Shown here piece by piece: positions 60,609 through 64,000 of a stretch of DNA of 64,000 bases. Location of the stretch: the sequence record NC_070963.1, one strand, 5' to 3'. The position numbers and the translations under genes were made by a program. Positions within the stretch are counted from its first letter, which is position 1, and each line of letters opens with the position of its first letter. The notes under the pieces are model-generated. The model saw only the letters and a program-made list of their open reading frames with translations. It made no database searches and was not told where the DNA came from.

Positions 60609-63600
60609 ATGGCAAGCGAAATTTTAAGAAGAAATCCAACTTCAACAGGCAATCGTAGAGTTTTTACTTGGGCGGGATGGGTAAAAATTAATAAACTATC
60701 CACATTAGCAAATTGTATTTGGTATGCGGCAAGTTCTGGAAGTAGTGAATTTCAAATCAGTCTTGTATCATCCACAGGTGCTTTAAATGTTTATGATTAT
60801 GCACCATCTGCATATCAATATCAATATATAACATCAAGATTATTAAGAGATTTTTCTAACTGGTTTCATTTGGTAGTTGCAGTTGATACAACACAATTTA
60901 GGGAAGATGATAGATTTAAAATTTATATAAATGGTGCTCTTTATAATGGAACTTATTCTACTGAAACCACTATAGGTGGTATAAATCACCAAACCAGAAT
61001 GAATACTCCTGGTGAAATCAATTATATTGGGCAAAATGTTGCAGGTGGTTCAAACTATGATGGAAACTGCGAACTATCAGATATGTTTATGGTAGACGGT
61101 CAAGCACTCACACCAGATGTGTTTGGTTTCTATAAGCAAGGAAAAGGTTATATCTCTGTTGGTTCTACACAAGCAACTGATTTCCGTCCAGGTCAGTGGG
61201 TTCCAAAAACACCAAGAGTCATTAAGACTGAAATCAACCGCAGAGGTGGTTTTGGTGTGAATGGTTTCTATCTACCGATGAATGATAGTAGAAACTTTGG
61301 TGCTGACTTCCACGGAGACCCTAACAGCATTATCACACTTAACGAAAAACTACCACAACCCAGAGTTGGTGTTGCGACCACTGCGTCTGTTGGTTTAGGA
61401 TACACTGACGCATTAAGAGCAGACCCTTATGCAGCAAACTTGGTTCTTGCTCTGCCTTTTGTGTCTGGTGGTTTGAGTAGTGGGTTTGGTGATTATGCTC
61501 CAAGTATTAAAGGTAGTGGAAGTGCTAAAACAATTACCAATACTAATGCAAGTATTGCAAGCACTGCGAGTTATTATGGAAGTGCTGCTTCTTTTAATGG
61601 AACTAGTAGTATATTAACTATACCCAATAATTCAGATTTCTATTTTAATGGACAATTTACTATTGAATGTTGGGTAAATTGGAATGGAACGTCTACATAC
61701 TATCAAAATTTTATAGGATGTAATAAACAATCCTTACCATTTAATAATAATGCTGCATTTTTTAGAGTTTGGGGAACGAGTGCTCCAGATTCTACTATTA
61801 GGTCTAGAATTGGAATTGGAAACCCAACTTATGATGGAAGTGGTTCTACTTTCAGTGGTGTAGCACTTCCAACAAATCAACTAATACATGTTTCAGCAAC
61901 AAGAGATTTTAGTAATACTACTAGAGTTTTTATGAATGGTGTTTGTGTTGGAATAAAAACTAATGATACTTCGATTTATGATTTCAGTCTAGAAGGAACT
62001 GCAATTGGTCAAGGTCCTTGGGATGGGGCACAGGGATATTATTCTGGTTACCTACAAGACCTCCGTGTCTACAAAGGTGTCGCAAAATACACAGGTGGTT
62101 TTGATGTGCCGAGACCTTATACACCCGTAGGTATTGCGACTTGGAGAGCAGTTCCTGATACGAATGCTAATAACTTTGCGACATTAAATCCTTTATATCC
62201 CGTTATTTCTGGTTCAAATTCTACATATACCAATGGAAATTTAACTGTTTCTGATGCTACATCAAATGGTTCTCAAGTATCTGCAACAATTGGTGTCTCG
62301 ACTGGTAAATGGTATTATGAAGCATTGGCAGGAAATGTATCTGGTGGCAGTCATCTAATTGGTATTAGACCAGCAGAATGGTTTACATTTAATCCACAGA
62401 ATAGAACATCATACAGAAGTGATGGTTCTGTTTATAATGATGCAGGTGGCACAGCACAATCAGGAACATCATATTCTTCAAGTGATATTATTGGTGTGGC
62501 AATTGATATGAATACTAGAAAACTTTGGTTTTCTAAAAATGGTTCTTTTGTTTATAGTGGCAATCCTAGTGCTGGAACAAACGAAGCGGTAAGTTTTGCT
62601 TCTACTTACATACATTATGCTCCAGCAGCAATGTTTGATAATGTTGCTGGAACTCAAACTTGGGATACAAACTTTGGTCAAAACCCAACATTCTCTGGAA
62701 ACACAACTGCAGGAACCTTCACAGATAGTAATGGTAAGGGACTGTTTAAGTATCAACCTCCAAGTGGTTTCCTAGCATTATGTGAGGACAACCTACCGAC
62801 TCCTGCGATTTCTGATCCTGGTAAGCACTTTAAGACGGTGCTTTATACTGGTGATGGTAATAGTGGTAGAAGTATTGTAGGTGTTGGATTTACTCCTGAC
62901 TTGGTTTGGATTAAAAATAGAAATTCTACTACTTGGCATATTATAAATGATTCAGTTAGAGGTCCAAATAGAGCATTATATTCAAATCAAACATACTCAG
63001 AAAATCAAACAGGATCTAATCCAGTATTAGGTTCAGTCTTATCTTTTAATTCTGATGGATTTTCACTTGCTGTTGATCCTGATAGTAATGCAAATAATGG
63101 TTGGAATAATAATGGAAGTCCTATTGTTGCCTGGTGTTGGAGAGCAGGAGCAGGCACCACATCAACAAACACAAATGGTTCAGTAACCTCTGTGGTGAGT
63201 GTGAATCAAGATGCTGGGTTTAGTATTGTTTCTTATACTGGTAATGGAGTTTCTAATGCGACGGTCGGGCACGGACTTACTAAAACTCCAAAAATGATTA
63301 TTTTAAAATCAAGAACTAATGGGTTTTACTATTGGAGAGTATATCATTCAAGTTTAACATCTGGTTATAGTTTATTTTTGAATGCAACTGATGCACAAAC
63401 ACAATTTGCAACAAATGCAGGTTACATAAGTTCTGTTTCTAATACTTTTACACTTACACAATCTGGAGCAAATGTTCTTGATGCTGTAAATAAATTAAAT
63501 GATTTATATATCGCTTACTGTTGGGCAGAAATTGAAGGTTTCAGTAAGTTTGGAAGTTATAGTGCAAATTTTTCTGCGGATGGTCCATTTTGTTATTGCG

Positions 63601-63863
63601 GTTTTCGCCCTGCTTTTGTAATAATTAAAAGAACTGATAGCACTGGAAGTTGGGTATTAAAAGACAGTTCTAGAAATAGTGCTAATCCAGCAGATTTATC
63701 TATTTTAGCACAAACAAGTGATACTGAATTTTCTAATAATTCTCCTATTGATTTTCTATCCAATGGATTCAAATTGAGGTCAACTAGTTTAAATGATAGT
63801 GGCGCAACTTTTATTTTCGCCGCTTGGGCAGAATCTCCATTTCAAACCACTAATAGTAAATAA
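60609..63863 (+). CDS. Large virion protein with LamG/ConA-like and SPRY-like domains
   Basis: FTIECWV...GYLQDLRVYKG; GKWYYE...IGVAID; GVGFTPDLVWIKNR repeats. Confidence 0.78.
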   Translation: MASEILRRNPTSTGNRRVFTWAGWVKINKLSTLANCIWYAASSGSSEFQISLVSSTGALNVYDYAPSAYQYQYITSRLLRDFSNWFHLVVAVDTTQFREDDRFKIYINGALYNGTYSTETTIGGINHQTRMNTPGEINYIGQNVAGGSNYDGNCELSDMFMVDGQALTPDVFGFYKQGKGYISVGSTQATDFRPGQWVPKTPRVIKTEINRRGGFGVNGFYLPMNDSRNFGADFHGDPNSIITLNEKLPQPRVGVATTASVGLGYTDALRADPYAANLVLALPFVSGGLSSGFGDYAPSIKGSGSAKTITNTNASIASTASYYGSAASFNGTSSILTIPNNSDFYFNGQFTIECWVNWNGTSTYYQNFIGCNKQSLPFNNNAAFFRVWGTSAPDSTIRSRIGIGNPTYDGSGSTFSGVALPTNQLIHVSATRDFSNTTRVFMNGVCVGIKTNDTSIYDFSLEGTAIGQGPWDGAQGYYSGYLQDLRVYKGVAKYTGGFDVPRPYTPVGIATWRAVPDTNANNFATLNPLYPVISGSNSTYTNGNLTVSDATSNGSQVSATIGVSTGKWYYEALAGNVSGGSHLIGIRPAEWFTFNPQNRTSYRSDGSVYNDAGGTAQSGTSYSSSDIIGVAIDMNTRKLWFSKNGSFVYSGNPSAGTNEAVSFASTYIHYAPAAMFDNVAGTQTWDTNFGQNPTFSGNTTAGTFTDSNGKGLFKYQPPSGFLALCEDNLPTPAISDPGKHFKTVLYTGDGNSGRSIVGVGFTPDLVWIKNRNSTTWHIINDSVRGPNRALYSNQTYSENQTGSNPVLGSVLSFNSDGFSLAVDPDSNANNGWNNNGSPIVAWCWRAGAGTTSTNTNGSVTSVVSVNQDAGFSIVSYTGNGVSNATVGHGLTKTPKMIILKSRTNGFYYWRVYHSSLTSGYSLFLNATDAQTQFATNAGYISSVSNTFTLTQSGANVLDAVNKLNDLYIAYCWAEIEGFSKFGSYSANFSADGPFCYCGFRPAFVIIKRTDSTGSWVLKDSSRNSANPADLSILAQTSDTEFSNNSPIDFLSNGFKLRSTSLNDSGATFIFAAWAESPFQTTNSK

Positions 63864-63880
63864 ATAACTAAAAAACCGCA

Positions 63881-64000
63881 ATGTATATCGGAAACTCTCC
63901 GACAGATGGAGAAAACAACAGTTTTAAACTTATAGACTCATTAGCATCAGTCACAAAGACTTTTGATGGGTCATCAGCATCTGTTGTTTCTACAATAGAT
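63881..64000 (+). CDS. 3'-truncated virion protein (MYIGNSP...)
   Basis: ATG after TAAATA (63861); open to the window end. Confidence 0.6.
   Translation, partial: MYIGNSPTDGENNSFKLIDSLASVTKTFDGSSASVVSTID

Overview
AT-rich, almost entirely plus-strand 64 kb segment of a large T4-like cyanomyovirus, probably infecting freshwater Synechococcus/Cyanobium (inferred from psbA, hli, petF, a cyanobacterial porin, denA, TATAAATA late promoters and T4-like tail genes). In order: putative internal head proteins and denA; a cell-wall-enzyme cluster (C39-like peptidase, GH24 lysozyme, phage-tail-type lysozyme, DUF218); seven tRNA genes interleaved with structured RNAs, a porin, dps and small ORFs; a 13 kb GDP-fucose/glycosyltransferase operon preceded by a wcaG-like RNA; a photosynthesis cassette (hli, petF, hli, peroxiredoxin, psbA); and a long tail-fibre locus. 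psbA is split by three group I introns (after H92, A250, R334), splices to 359 aa, and is followed by an F-CphI-like endonuclease. The tail locus encloses a second island: three RCC1/BLIP-II propeller genes (20 repeats, near-identical frameworks, hypervariable NNT-codon loops) mixed with TPR-bearing glycosyltransferases, a sulfotransferase, a methyltransferase and a sugar dehydratase. This island is the best candidate for an undescribed system (diversified adhesins plus virion glycosylation). Five homing-type endonucleases are present. No CRISPR, rRNA, integrase or reverse transcriptase was seen. Family names come from motif recognition, not database searches.
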